NCBI GenBank assembly: GCA_963706885.1
Contig: CAVPNX010000023.1
Coordinates: 14,265-78,264, forward strand
Origin: an uncultured Actinomycetes bacterium
Lineage (GTDB): Bacteria > Actinomycetota > Actinomycetes > S36-B12 > CAIYMF01
Direction: 5' to 3'
DNA length: 64,000 nt
Below, piece after piece: positions 18,695 to 28,175 of this stretch (position 1 is its first letter; every line of letters begins with the position of its first letter). The translations under genes were made by a program, and so were the position numbers. Below the pieces are notes generated by a model. That model did not search any database. It saw only the letters and a program-made list of their open reading frames with translations, and had not been told where the DNA came from.

Positions 18695-19381
18695 TCACAG
18701 GTGCTTCGTGGCCTCGCGGATCGACAGTCCCGACATCTGCGCCCGGTGGGCCGCGACGAACGCCCGGACCTCGTCGGGGTGGGTCCGGGCTGCGTCGCGC
18801 AGGCCCCAGCCGATCCCCTTGCGCATGAAGAAGTCCCGGTCGGCGAGGTTGGCCTCGCACGCGGCGAACAGCAGCTCGAGGTCGACGGCGTCGCGGCGGC
18901 CGACCTGGAACACCAGCGCGATCCGACGCGCCCAGAGCTGCTCGTCGGTGGCCCACGTGGCCACCTCGCGGTCCCACGCTCGGTGCCGGAGGCCGGTGCG
19001 CCCGATCAGGGTCGACCAGGCGTCCACGGTGTCCCACCAGGGGCGTTCGAGGGCCAGCCGGCGCAGGTCCCACAGGCTCGTCTCCGGCAGGGCGCTCCGG
19101 TGGCGGGCGACCAGGTCGACCGCGACGTAGGCGAACTCGCGCTCCGGCTCGGCGACGAGTGCGCGTGCGGCGGCCAGCAGGTCGCTCGCCTGCGGGCCGG
19201 GGTCGAACGCGCGGATCCAGTCCCGGGTGGCCGCGCGGCGGGCCGGTGTGGTCACGCCCAGGTAGGGCGCGATCCCCTTCATGTACGCGGCCATCGCCGG
19301 GGCGCGCTCCGGCTCGGCGACGGCCGTGAGCATCGGACGCACCAGGTCGGCCACGCGACCCGGATCGAGGGCAGCACCCAC
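18695..19381 (-). CDS. DNA alkylation repair protein (AlkD-like HEAT-repeat family)
   Basis: C-terminal 228 codons of ORF 18695-20032. ...AAYMKGIAPYLGVTTPARR...WWDTVD...FFMRKGIGWGLRD.... Start is either GTG 19381 or ATG 19333. Confidence 0.75.
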   Translation of the reverse strand: MGAALDPGRVADLVRPMLTAVAEPERAPAMAAYMKGIAPYLGVTTPARRAATRDWIRAFDPGPQASDLLAAARALVAEPEREFAYVAVDLVARHRSALPETSLWDLRRLALERPWWDTVDAWSTLIGRTGLRHRAWDREVATWATDEQLWARRIALVFQVGRRDAVDLELLFAACEANLADRDFFMRKGIGWGLRDAARTHPDEVRAFVAAHRAQMSGLSIREATKHL

Positions 19382-19432
19382 GATCCCGATGCTGCCACGG
19401 GCCCACAGCGCCACGCCCACCACAGGGCGTCC

Positions 19433-19533
19433 CCAAGATCCCGATTCGATCCAACTTCGGGGCCGAACGCCGGCCCGAGACTTGGAGCGAACCGCGCAGA
19501 GCGCCCGGGACTTGGAGCGAACCGCGATCTTGG
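19433..19533. repeat. Short TIR-bounded intergenic element (101 bp) with an internal 18-bp direct repeat
   Basis: CCAAGATC (19433-19440) / GATCTTGG (19526-19533). GACTTGGAGCGAACCGCG occurs at 19478-19495 and 19509-19526. Shares GGCCCCGAAGTTGGATC (reverse complement of 19448-19464) with 14000-14016. Confidence 0.5.
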
Positions 19534-19628
19534 CGGGCGGCGGGGGTGGGCCGGGGATGGCAGACTCACTCTCCTGACCGTGGGCCCGCAACTCCGGCGC
19601 CCGACACCGCACCAGCACAGGAGCTGAC

Positions 19629-21596
19629 ATGCCCTCCGGCATCGACATGCAGCACATCGACGAGTCCATCCGCCTGCAGGACGACCTGTTCGGGCACCAC
19701 AACGGCGGCTGGCTCGCTGAGCACGAGATCCCCGCCGACCGACCCTCGGACGGGGCCTTCCACGCCCTGCGCGATGCGGCCGAGGCCGATGTGCGGGCGA
19801 TCATCGAGGCCTCGGCCGCGGAGTCCGCACCCGGCACCCTGGGGGCGAAGGTGGGCGACCTGTACGCCTCGTTCATGGACGAGGCGGCCGTCGAGGCCCG
19901 GGGGCGCGAGCCGCTGGAGGCCGACCTGGCCGACATCCGTGCAGTGACGGACCTCACCGACCTTCTCGCGGAGATGGCCCGGCTGCAGCTGCAGGGAGCG
20001 GTCAGCGGGTTCCTCGCCCCGTACGTCAACACCGACGCCCAGGACTCCAGCCGCTACATCGTGTACCTCACCCAGGCCGGCCTGGGCCTGCCCGACGAGT
20101 CGTACTACCACCAGGAGTCGTTCGCAGCGATCCGCGAGGCCTACGTGGCCCACATCGCGAGGATGCTGCTGCTGGCCGGATGGGCCGTCGACGCCCCGGC
20201 GGCGCAGGCAGCCGCCGACCGGATCATGGCGCTGGAGACCGCCATCGCCGACCGGCACTGGAGCAACGTCGACACCCGCGATGCCCTGAAGTCCTACAAC
20301 CGTCGGGCGCTGGCCGAGGTCCCCGCGTTCATCGACGGCTACGGGATCCGGGAGTGGCTCACGGCCCTGAGCGCCCCGATGGAGCACGTCGACGAGGTCG
20401 TCGTCCGCCAGCCCAGCTACGTCGAGTCGCTGCCCGCGCTGCTGGCCGACCAGCCGCTGGACGCATGGCGGGACTGGCTGGCGTGGGCGGTCGTGCGCAA
20501 TGGCGCGTCGCTGCTGGACGCCGAGATCGTGCAGGCGAACTTCGACTTCTACGGCACCACCCTCAGCGGGTCCCCCCAGCTGCGTGAGCGGTGGAAGCGC
20601 GGCGTGGGGCTGGTCGAGGGATCCCTGGGCGAGGCGGTCGGCGAGCTGTACGTGGGCAAGCACTTCCCGCCGGAGGCCAAGGCACGCATGGTCGAGCTCG
20701 TGGCGAACCTCGTGGCCGCCTACCACGCGCGACTCGAGGTCCTGGAGTGGATGAGCCCCGAGACCCGCGAGCGCGCCCTGGAGAAGCTTGCGTCGTTCAC
20801 CCCGAAGATCGGCTACCCGGACAAGTGGCGCGACTACACGTCGCTGGAGATCTCGGCAGGCGACCTCATCGGCAACGTCCGACGGGCGTCGCTGTTCGAG
20901 GCCCGTCACATGTGGGCCAAGCTCGGCGGACCGGTGGATCGCCTCGAGTGGTTCATGACCCCGCAGACGGTCAACGCCTACTACAACCCGGGCATGAACG
21001 AGATCGTGTTCCCGGCTGCGATCCTGCAGCCGCCGTTCTTCGACATGGACGCCGACGACGCGGTCAACTACGGCGCGATCGGGGCGGTCATCGGTCACGA
21101 GATCGGCCACGGGTTCGACGACCAGGGCTCCCGCTACGACGGCACCGGCAACCTCGTCGACTGGTGGACCGACGAGGATCGCGCCCGCTTCGACGAGCTG
21201 GCCGCCCGCCTGATCGCCCAGTACGACGGCCTGGTGCCCCGCGGACTGCCCGAGGGCAACGGCGTGAACGGGGCGCTGACGGTGGGGGAGAACATCGGGG
21301 ACCTCGGTGGTGTCGCCGTGGCGTTCGAGGCCTACCGCCTGAGCCTGGGCGGTGAGCCGGCCCCCGTCATCGACGGACTGACCGGTGAGCAGCGCTTCTT
21401 CCTGGGCTGGGCCCAGGCGTGGCGGAGCAAGCACCGCGAGGCGCGGGCGATCCAGCTGCTGGCCATCGACCCGCACTCACCGGACGAGTTCCGCTGCAAC
21501 ATCGTGAGCAACCTCACGGAGTTCCACGAGGCGTTCGACGTCAGGCCCGGCGACGGGATGTGGCGCGAGCCCGAGGACCGCGTGGTGATCTGGTAG
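19629..21596 (+). CDS. M13-family zinc metallopeptidase (PepO / endothelin-converting-enzyme-like)
   Basis: ORF track, 655 aa. HEIGHGFDD zinc motif, NAYYNPGMNEIVFPAAILQ, GENIGDLGG. Confidence 0.9.
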   Translation: MPSGIDMQHIDESIRLQDDLFGHHNGGWLAEHEIPADRPSDGAFHALRDAAEADVRAIIEASAAESAPGTLGAKVGDLYASFMDEAAVEARGREPLEADLADIRAVTDLTDLLAEMARLQLQGAVSGFLAPYVNTDAQDSSRYIVYLTQAGLGLPDESYYHQESFAAIREAYVAHIARMLLLAGWAVDAPAAQAAADRIMALETAIADRHWSNVDTRDALKSYNRRALAEVPAFIDGYGIREWLTALSAPMEHVDEVVVRQPSYVESLPALLADQPLDAWRDWLAWAVVRNGASLLDAEIVQANFDFYGTTLSGSPQLRERWKRGVGLVEGSLGEAVGELYVGKHFPPEAKARMVELVANLVAAYHARLEVLEWMSPETRERALEKLASFTPKIGYPDKWRDYTSLEISAGDLIGNVRRASLFEARHMWAKLGGPVDRLEWFMTPQTVNAYYNPGMNEIVFPAAILQPPFFDMDADDAVNYGAIGAVIGHEIGHGFDDQGSRYDGTGNLVDWWTDEDRARFDELAARLIAQYDGLVPRGLPEGNGVNGALTVGENIGDLGGVAVAFEAYRLSLGGEPAPVIDGLTGEQRFFLGWAQAWRSKHREARAIQLLAIDPHSPDEFRCNIVSNLTEFHEAFDVRPGDGMWREPEDRVVIW

Positions 21597-21609
21597 ACCT
21601 ACGGGTTCC

Positions 21610-22598
21610 TCACCACTGGTCGTGGATCGAGGCGCGCAGGCGCCGGTCGTAGAGGTCGGTGACGGCCGCGGTGAACTCCGCACCCAGTGGGGGGACCAGC
21701 CCGGCCGCGGCGTTGTCCCGGGCCTGCTCGGCGGACCTTGCCCCGGGGATGACCGTGGTGACGCCGTCGAGCTGCGCGACCCAGGCCAGGGCGGCGCGCG
21801 CCGGTGACAGGTCGCGCGAGGCGGCCAGGGCGGCGAACTCCCGGGCAGCCCGCACCCCGTCGTCGTAGTCGACACCGGAGAACGTCTCACCACGGTCGAA
21901 GGACTCCCCGTGCCGGTTGTAGGTCCGGTGGTCATCGGCGGCGAAGGTGGTGGTCTCGCTGTACCGCCCCGACAGCAGGCCGCTGGCCAGCGGGACGCGG
22001 GCGATGATCCCCACGCCGGCGTCGCGGGCGGCGGGCAGGACCGCCTCCAGCGGCTTGAGCCGGAAGGCGTTGATGATGATCTGGATGGAGGCCACGCCCG
22101 GCCGGGCGATCGCGGCCAGCGCCTGGTCGACGGTCTCCACGCTGACGCCGTACGCCGCCATCACGCCCTCGGCGACCAGCGTGTCGAGGTTGTCGAACAC
22201 CTCGTCGCTGGTGATCACGTCACTCGGTGGGCAGTGCAGCTGCACCAGGTCCAGGGTGTCGGTGCGCAGGTTCGCCCGCGAGCGGTCGGTCCAGGTGCGG
22301 AAGTTGGCCATCGAGTAGTTCTCGCGGCGCTGCTCGGCGCGCCGGCCCATCTTCGTCGCCACGAACACGTCCAGCCCCGGGTTGGCGGCCAGGAACTCGG
22401 CGATCGTCTGCTCGCTGCGGCCGTCGCCGTACACGTCAGCGGTGTCGAACATGGTGACGCCGGCGTCGACGGACGCGCGCCAGCACGGCACAGGGCGTCC
22501 TCCGGCTGGACCTGCCCCCAGTCGGCGCCGAGCTGCCACGTGCCCAGGGAGATGACCGAGACGGCCCGCCCCGTCCGGCCCAGGACGCGCGCGGGCAT
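21610..22598 (-). pseudogene. Aldo/keto reductase, frame broken near 22470-22493
   Basis: N-terminus MPARVLGRTGRAVSVISLGTWQLGADWG (frame of ORF 22215-22598). The remainder SVDAGVTMFDTADVYGDGRSEQ... is in the frame of ORF 21610-22656. Length 989 nt = 3n+2. Confidence 0.75.
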
Positions 22599-22668
22599 GG
22601 TCCCGGCGACCGCGCCTGCGGCGGATCGCCGGTCCGGATCGGGCGTCAGCGTCCATCAGGGTCCTCCA

Positions 22669-23853
22669 TCACTCGGTGGCGGTCGGGGCGACCTGGTCGA
22701 TCCGGCGGGCGCCGGCGGCGGGGGTGACGGTCCGGAAGGTGGGGGCGGCCAGGCCCTCGCGGGTCAGCGCCTCACGCACCGAGGCCTGGACCTGGGCGAC
22801 GTCGGCGGGCCGGCAGAGCGTCACCACGTTGCCCCCGAATCCGCCGCCGGTCATCCGGGCTGCCGTCGCCCCACCCACAACTGCGGCGGACACGGCGACG
22901 TCGAGCTCCGGGCAGCTGACCTCGTAGTCGCGCGAGAGGGAGGTGTGCGACCCGGCGAACGCCCTGCCCAGCGCCGGGGCATCGGCCTCCTCGAACGCGC
23001 GGACCGCGTCGGCGACCCGAGCCTGCTCGGTGATCACATGCCGCGCACGGCGGGCGTCGGGCTCGGGCAGCGCATCGACCCGCGAGATCTCGCCCAACGG
23101 GACCTCGGCCAGGTACGTGACCCCGAGTGTGGCGGCAGCGCGCTCACAGGACGCCCGGCGATCCGCGTAGGCGCCGTCAGCCAGGTCGTGGCGCACGTTG
23201 GTGTCGATGAGCAGGACCTGCAGGCCCAGGCGGTCCAGGTGCAGGGGGACCGGCTGGGTCGCCAGCGTCGCGGAGTCCAGCAGCAGGGCACTGTCGGGCT
23301 GGGCGAGCATCGACACGGCCTGGTCCATGATCCCGCAGGGGACGTGGGCGTACTCGTGCTCGACCTGCTGGGCGGCCAGCGCGATCTCCATCGGGGCGAC
23401 CTCGACCCCACCGAGGGCGATCACGGCGCTGAGCACGGCGCACTCCAGGGACGCCGAGGAGGACAGCCCGGCGCCCAGGGGGAGGTCCGCGTCGATCGAC
23501 AGGTCCACACCTCCGACGTACCACCCGCGGTCCGCGGCGACCGCCAGCGCACCGACCACGTACCCGAGCCACCCGTTGGCCGCGGTGGGGTCGAACGTCG
23601 CGAGGTCGACCGTGGCGATCGGCCCGTTGACCTGGCGCGAGTGCAGGGCGAGGCGTCCGTCGGTGCGGGGCGAGACTGCGCACATGGTGCCCAGGTCGAT
23701 GGCCATCGGCAGCACGTTCCCACCGTTGTAGTCGGTGTGCTCGCCGATCAGGTTCACCCGACCGGGGGCGAACGTGATGGCCTCCGGGGCGGTGCCGAAG
23801 AGCGTCTGGTGCCGGTTGTGCGCCTGCTCGGCGCGTTGTGCGTCGTCGATCAT
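22669..23853 (-). CDS. galK: Galactokinase
   Basis: Starts MIDDAQRAEQ (codon 26 of ORF 22669-23928) 9 nt after AGGAGG. Galactokinase signature GRVNLIGEHTDYNGG and GHMP motif PLGAGLSSSAS. Confidence 0.9.
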   Translation of the reverse strand: MIDDAQRAEQAHNRHQTLFGTAPEAITFAPGRVNLIGEHTDYNGGNVLPMAIDLGTMCAVSPRTDGRLALHSRQVNGPIATVDLATFDPTAANGWLGYVVGALAVAADRGWYVGGVDLSIDADLPLGAGLSSSASLECAVLSAVIALGGVEVAPMEIALAAQQVEHEYAHVPCGIMDQAVSMLAQPDSALLLDSATLATQPVPLHLDRLGLQVLLIDTNVRHDLADGAYADRRASCERAAATLGVTYLAEVPLGEISRVDALPEPDARRARHVITEQARVADAVRAFEEADAPALGRAFAGSHTSLSRDYEVSCPELDVAVSAAVVGGATAARMTGGGFGGNVVTLCRPADVAQVQASVREALTREGLAAPTFRTVTPAAGARRIDQVAPTATE

Positions 23854-24120
23854 CTCGGCGGTCTCCTCCTGGGCGTGTCCATGACCCGTGACCATTCTGC
23901 CCGGCGCGGGTCCGGCACGTCGGATCACGTGGCTGCGGCGGCATCATGTTACCGCTCCCACGCCGACGTGGCTCGTAGTGGTGGCCAGGGCCGCTGCGGG
24001 CATGGTCGCAACGACGCGGATGCCCCCATCGGGAGCGGTCGCCACGTATTCGTGCGGGACAGCGAGCCCGCGGAGGCCCGCGGCGGGGCTCGTGCCACCG
24101 AAGTGGTCCCGGTGAACCGC

Positions 24121-24139
24121 TCGTTACCAAATCGTTATC
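24121..24139 (+). promoter_or_regulatory. Second copy of the TCGTTACC-N3-TCGTTATC box
   Basis: TCGTTACCAAATCGTTATC; 16/19 identical to 383-401. Lies in the galK/araB divergent intergenic region. Confidence 0.4.
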
Positions 24140-24169
24140 GACACACGGCGAGTCGGGGACGTCCAGCGC

Positions 24170-24198
24170 TTGACTCCGATCTTGTTAGCGCTAACTAT
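24170..24198 (+). promoter_or_regulatory. Putative araB promoter (-35 TTGACT, -10 AACTAT) overlapped by a LacI/AraR-type palindromic operator GTTAGCGCTAAC
   Basis: TTGACT at 24170-24175, 17-bp spacer, AACTAT at 24193-24198. Perfect 12-bp palindrome at 24184-24195 with the TGTTAGCGCTAAC(A)-like LacI-family core. Confidence 0.5.
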
Positions 24199-24231
24199 TG
24201 GCCCAGACGGGACAAGAGGGTGAGGTGCGAG

Positions 24232-25914
24232 GTGGACGGCCAGCGCGAGTCCTACGTGATCGGGGTCGACTTCGGGTCCCTGTCCGGCCGCGCCGTGGTG
24301 GTCCGGGTCAGCGACGGGGTGGAGCTCGCGGGCGCCTCGCTGGACTACCCGCACGCCGTCCTGGACCGGGTCCTGCCCGACGGCATCACCCCGCTGGGAC
24401 CCGACTGGGCCCTGCAGGTCCCCAGCGACTACGTCGACGTCCTGCGCACCGCCGTTCCCGAGGCGGTCCGCGCAGCGGGGATCGACCCCGCGGACGTGAT
24501 CGGCATCGGCACCGACTTCACCGCCTGCACGATGGTCCCGACCACCACCGACGGCACGCCGCTCAACGAGCTCCCCGAGTTCGCCAGCAACCCGCACGCC
24601 TACGTCAAGCTCTGGAAGCACCACGCCGCGCAGCCCCAGGCCGATCGGATCAACGCCCTGGCCGCCGAGCGCGGCGAGTCGTGGCTGCCGCGCTACGGCG
24701 GGCTCATCTCCTCGGAGTGGGAGTTCGCCAAGGGCCTGCAGGTGCTGGAGGAGGCCCCCGAGGTCTACGCCGCGATGGACCGCTGGGTCGAGGCCGCGGA
24801 CTGGATCATCTGGCAGCTGTGCGGCACCTACGTGCGCAACGCCTGCACCGCCGGCTACAAGGGGATCCTCCAGGACGGCGCCTACCCCTCGCGGGAGTTC
24901 CTCGCCGCGCTGAACCCCGACTTCGCCGACTTCGTGGCCAGCAAGCTCGAGCACCCGATCGGGCAGCTGGGCGCCCGCGCCGGGGGCCTCACCGCCCAGG
25001 CCGCGGAATGGACCGGCCTGCGCCCGGGCATCGCCGTGGCGGTCGGCAACGTGGACGCCCACGTCACCGCCCCGGCCGCCCAGGCCGTCGAGCCGGGCCA
25101 GATGGTCGCGATCATGGGCACCTCGACCTGCCACGTGATGAACGGCGAGTCCCTGCACGAGGTCCCCGGGATGTGCGGGGTCGTCGACGGCGGGATCACC
25201 GCGGGGCTCTGGGGCTACGAGGCCGGCCAGAGCGGCGTCGGCGACATCTTCGGCTGGTTCGTCGACACCAGCGTTCCGGCCAGCTACGCGCAGGCCGCTG
25301 CCGAGGCCGGGGTCTCCCTGCACGAGCACCTGACCGCGCTGGCAGCCCAGCAGCGGGTGGGCGAGCATGGTCTGGTCGCCCTGGACTGGCACAGCGGCAA
25401 CCGCTCGGTGCTGGTCGACCACGAGCTCTCCGGGGTGATCGTCGGCCAGACCCTGAGCACCCGGCCCGAGGACCAGTACCGGGCCCTGATGGAGTCCACG
25501 GCCTTCGGCACGCGCCGGATCATCGAGTCCTTCACCGAGTCCGGGATCCCCGTCACCGAGCTGGTCGTCGCCGGCGGACTGCTCAAGAACACGTTCCTCA
25601 TGCAGATGTACGCCGACGTGACCAACCTGCCCCTGAGCACGATCGACTCCGCGCAGGGACCGGCCCTCGGCTCGGCGATCCACGCGGCGGTCGCCGCGGG
25701 CGCCTACCCGGACGTGCTGGCGGCCTCGCGGGCGATGGGCCGCTCGATCCGGGGTGTCTACAACCCCGATCCGGCCGATGCGGCCGCCTACGACGAGCTG
25801 TACGCCGAGTACCTGCTCCTGCACGACTACTTCGGCCGGGGTGCCAACGACGTGATGCACCGGCTCAAGGCCCGCCGTCGTGCTGTGGCTGCCCAGATCG
25901 CGGCGGGGGCCTGA
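24232..25914 (+). CDS. araB: Ribulokinase
   Basis: Frame of long ORF 21910-25914. GTG 24232 lies 6 nt after GAGG (alternative GTG 24220). SYVIGVDFGSLSGRAVVV..., FGGY kinase motifs, 560 aa. Confidence 0.9.
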   Translation: MDGQRESYVIGVDFGSLSGRAVVVRVSDGVELAGASLDYPHAVLDRVLPDGITPLGPDWALQVPSDYVDVLRTAVPEAVRAAGIDPADVIGIGTDFTACTMVPTTTDGTPLNELPEFASNPHAYVKLWKHHAAQPQADRINALAAERGESWLPRYGGLISSEWEFAKGLQVLEEAPEVYAAMDRWVEAADWIIWQLCGTYVRNACTAGYKGILQDGAYPSREFLAALNPDFADFVASKLEHPIGQLGARAGGLTAQAAEWTGLRPGIAVAVGNVDAHVTAPAAQAVEPGQMVAIMGTSTCHVMNGESLHEVPGMCGVVDGGITAGLWGYEAGQSGVGDIFGWFVDTSVPASYAQAAAEAGVSLHEHLTALAAQQRVGEHGLVALDWHSGNRSVLVDHELSGVIVGQTLSTRPEDQYRALMESTAFGTRRIIESFTESGIPVTELVVAGGLLKNTFLMQMYADVTNLPLSTIDSAQGPALGSAIHAAVAAGAYPDVLAASRAMGRSIRGVYNPDPADAAAYDELYAEYLLLHDYFGRGANDVMHRLKARRRAVAAQIAAGA

Positions 25915-25915
25915 C

Positions 25916-26606
25916 ATGACGATCTCCCCCGAGGCCCGACCTGCCCTGGATGCCCTGCGCGCCCAGGTGGCCGCCCTGCACGCCGAGCTGACCCGCTACG
26001 AGCTGGTGATCTGGACCGCGGGCAACGTCTCGGCGCGGGTGCCCGGCGCATGACCTGATGGTCATCAAGCCCTCGGGCGTGGCCTACGACGAGCTGTCGG
26101 CCGAGCGGATGGTCGTCACCGACCTGTACGGCAACCTCGTCGAGGGCGACTCCGCCCCCTCGTCGGACACGGCCGCGCACGCCTACGTGTACCGGCACAT
26201 GCCCGAGGTCGGCGGCGTGGTGCACACGCACTCGACCTACGCCTGCGCCTGGGCGGCCCGCCGCGAGGCCATCCCCTGCGTGCTGACGATGATCGCCGAC
26301 GAGTTCGGCGGCGAGATCCCGATCGGCCCGTTCGCCCGGATCGGCGACGACTCGATCGGGGCGGGCATCGTCGACGTCCTGCGGGGCAGTCGCTCGCCGG
26401 CCGTCCTGATGGCCAACCACGGCCCGTTCACGATCGGCCCGGACGCACGCTCGGCGGTCAAGGCCGCCGTGATGCTCGAGGACGTCGCGCGCACGGTGCA
26501 CATCTCCCGCCAGCTCGGCGAACCCGTTCCCCTGGCCACCGAGGACATCGATGGCCTGTACGAGCGCTACCAGAACGTCTACGGACAGCACGGAGGACAG
26601 CGATGA
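25916..26606 (+). pseudogene. araD: L-ribulose-5-phosphate 4-epimerase, frame broken near 26045-26052
   Basis: ATG 25916 gives MTISPEARPALDALRAQVAALHAELTRYELVIWTAGNVSARVPGA* and then continues as (H)[15 protein letters not shown]... in ORF 26058-26606. Length 691 nt = 3n+1. Confidence 0.85.
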
Positions 26607-28109
26607 CCGCCCAGGCACCCGCCCAGATCTGGTTCCTCACCGGGAGCCAGACGCTCTACGGCGACGAGGTCCTGGCCCAGGTGGCCGAGCAGTCCGGTGA
26701 GATCGCCCGCACGCTCGATGCGTCGGACGCGATCCCCTTCGAGGTCGTGTTCAAGCCGGTGCTCAAGGAGGCCGACGCGATCCGGCGCACCATGATCGAG
26801 GCGAGCGCCGACGACGCCTGCATCGGCGTGATCGCGTGGATGCACACGTTCAGCCCGGCCAAGATGTGGATCTCGGGCCTGGAGGCGCTGCGCAAGCCGC
26901 TGCTGCACCTGCACACGCAGGCCAACCGCGACCTGCCGTGGGCGACCATCGACATGGACTTCATGAACCTCAACCAGGCCGCCCACGGCGACCGGGAGTT
27001 CGGCTTCGTGCAGACCCGGATGGGCATCGCGCGCAAGACCGTCGCCGGCCACGTCAGCGACCCCGTCGTCGCCGAGCGGATCGGGCAGTGGGCGCGGGCC
27101 GCAGCAGGGGCCGCCGCCATGCGCTCGATGCGCCTGGCCCGCTTCGGGGACAACATGCGCAACGTCGCCGTCACCGAGGGCGACAAGGTCGAGGCCGAGA
27201 TCCGCTTCGGGGTCTCGGTGAACACCTACGGCGTCAACGACCTGGTCGCGGTCGTCGACGCGGTGGCCGAGTCCGAGATCGATGCCCTGGTCGCCGAGTA
27301 CGCCGACCTGTACGACATCGCCCCCGAGCTGGCACGCCGGTGCTGCCCGCCACGATGCGCTGCGGTACGGCGCTCGCATCGAGGCGGGCCTGCGCCGGTT
27401 CCTCACCGACGGCGGCTTCACGGCCTTCACCTCGAACTTCGAGGACCTCGGCGGGCTGCGCCAGCTCCCCGGACTGGCCGTCCAGCGGCTGATGGCCGAC
27501 GGCTACGGGTTCGCCGGTGAGGGCGACTGGAAGACCGCGGTGATGGTCCGCACGTTCAAGGTGATGGCCCAGGGCCTGCCCGGCGGCACGTCCTTCATGG
27601 AGGACTACACCTACCACCTGGCCCCGGGCGCGGAGAAGATCCTCGGCGCGCACATGCTCGAGGTCTGCCCGTCGATCACCGACGAGCGCCCGCGCCTGGA
27701 GATCCATCCCCTGTCCATCGGCGGTCGGGAGGACCCGGTCCGCCTGGTCTTCACCGCCACGCCGGCCGCAGGGGTGGTCCTCGGCCTGTGCGATATGGGC
27801 GATAGGTTCCGTTTCGTGGCGAACGAGGTGCAGCTCGTCGCCCCCGACGCGGACCTGCCGAACCTGCCCGTCGCCCGCGCCGTGTGGCGCCCGGCGCCGG
27901 ACCTGCGCACCTCGGCCGAGGCGTGGATCACCGCCGGGGGCCCCCACCACACCGTGCTCACCACGGCCCTGTCCGCGGAGCACCTGTGGGACCTGTCGGA
28001 GATCGTCGGCACCGAGCTGGCGCTCATCGACAGCACAACAGACATCCGTCACTTCATCCAGGAGCGACGGTGGAGCCAGGCGTACTACCGCCTGGCTCTG
28101 GGCTTCTAG
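26603..28109 (+). pseudogene. araA: L-arabinose isomerase, frame broken near 27335-27340
   Basis: N-terminal frame reads [24 protein letters not shown]...[15 protein letters not shown]-terminal frame (ORF 27282-28109) reads ...[20 protein letters not shown]...EDYTYHL.... Length 1507 nt = 3n+1. Confidence 0.9.
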
Positions 28110-28130
28110 CCCGAAGCCAGGCGCACGACC

Positions 28131-28153
28131 CATGGGACGAGCCCCGTCCCATG
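28131..28153 (+). terminator. Stem-loop after araA
   Basis: CATGGGACG-AGCCC-CGTCCCATG, 9-bp perfect stem, 22 nt after the araA stop and 23 nt before the next start. Confidence 0.5.
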
Positions 28154-28175
28154 AACCACCAGGAAGGAATGCTCA

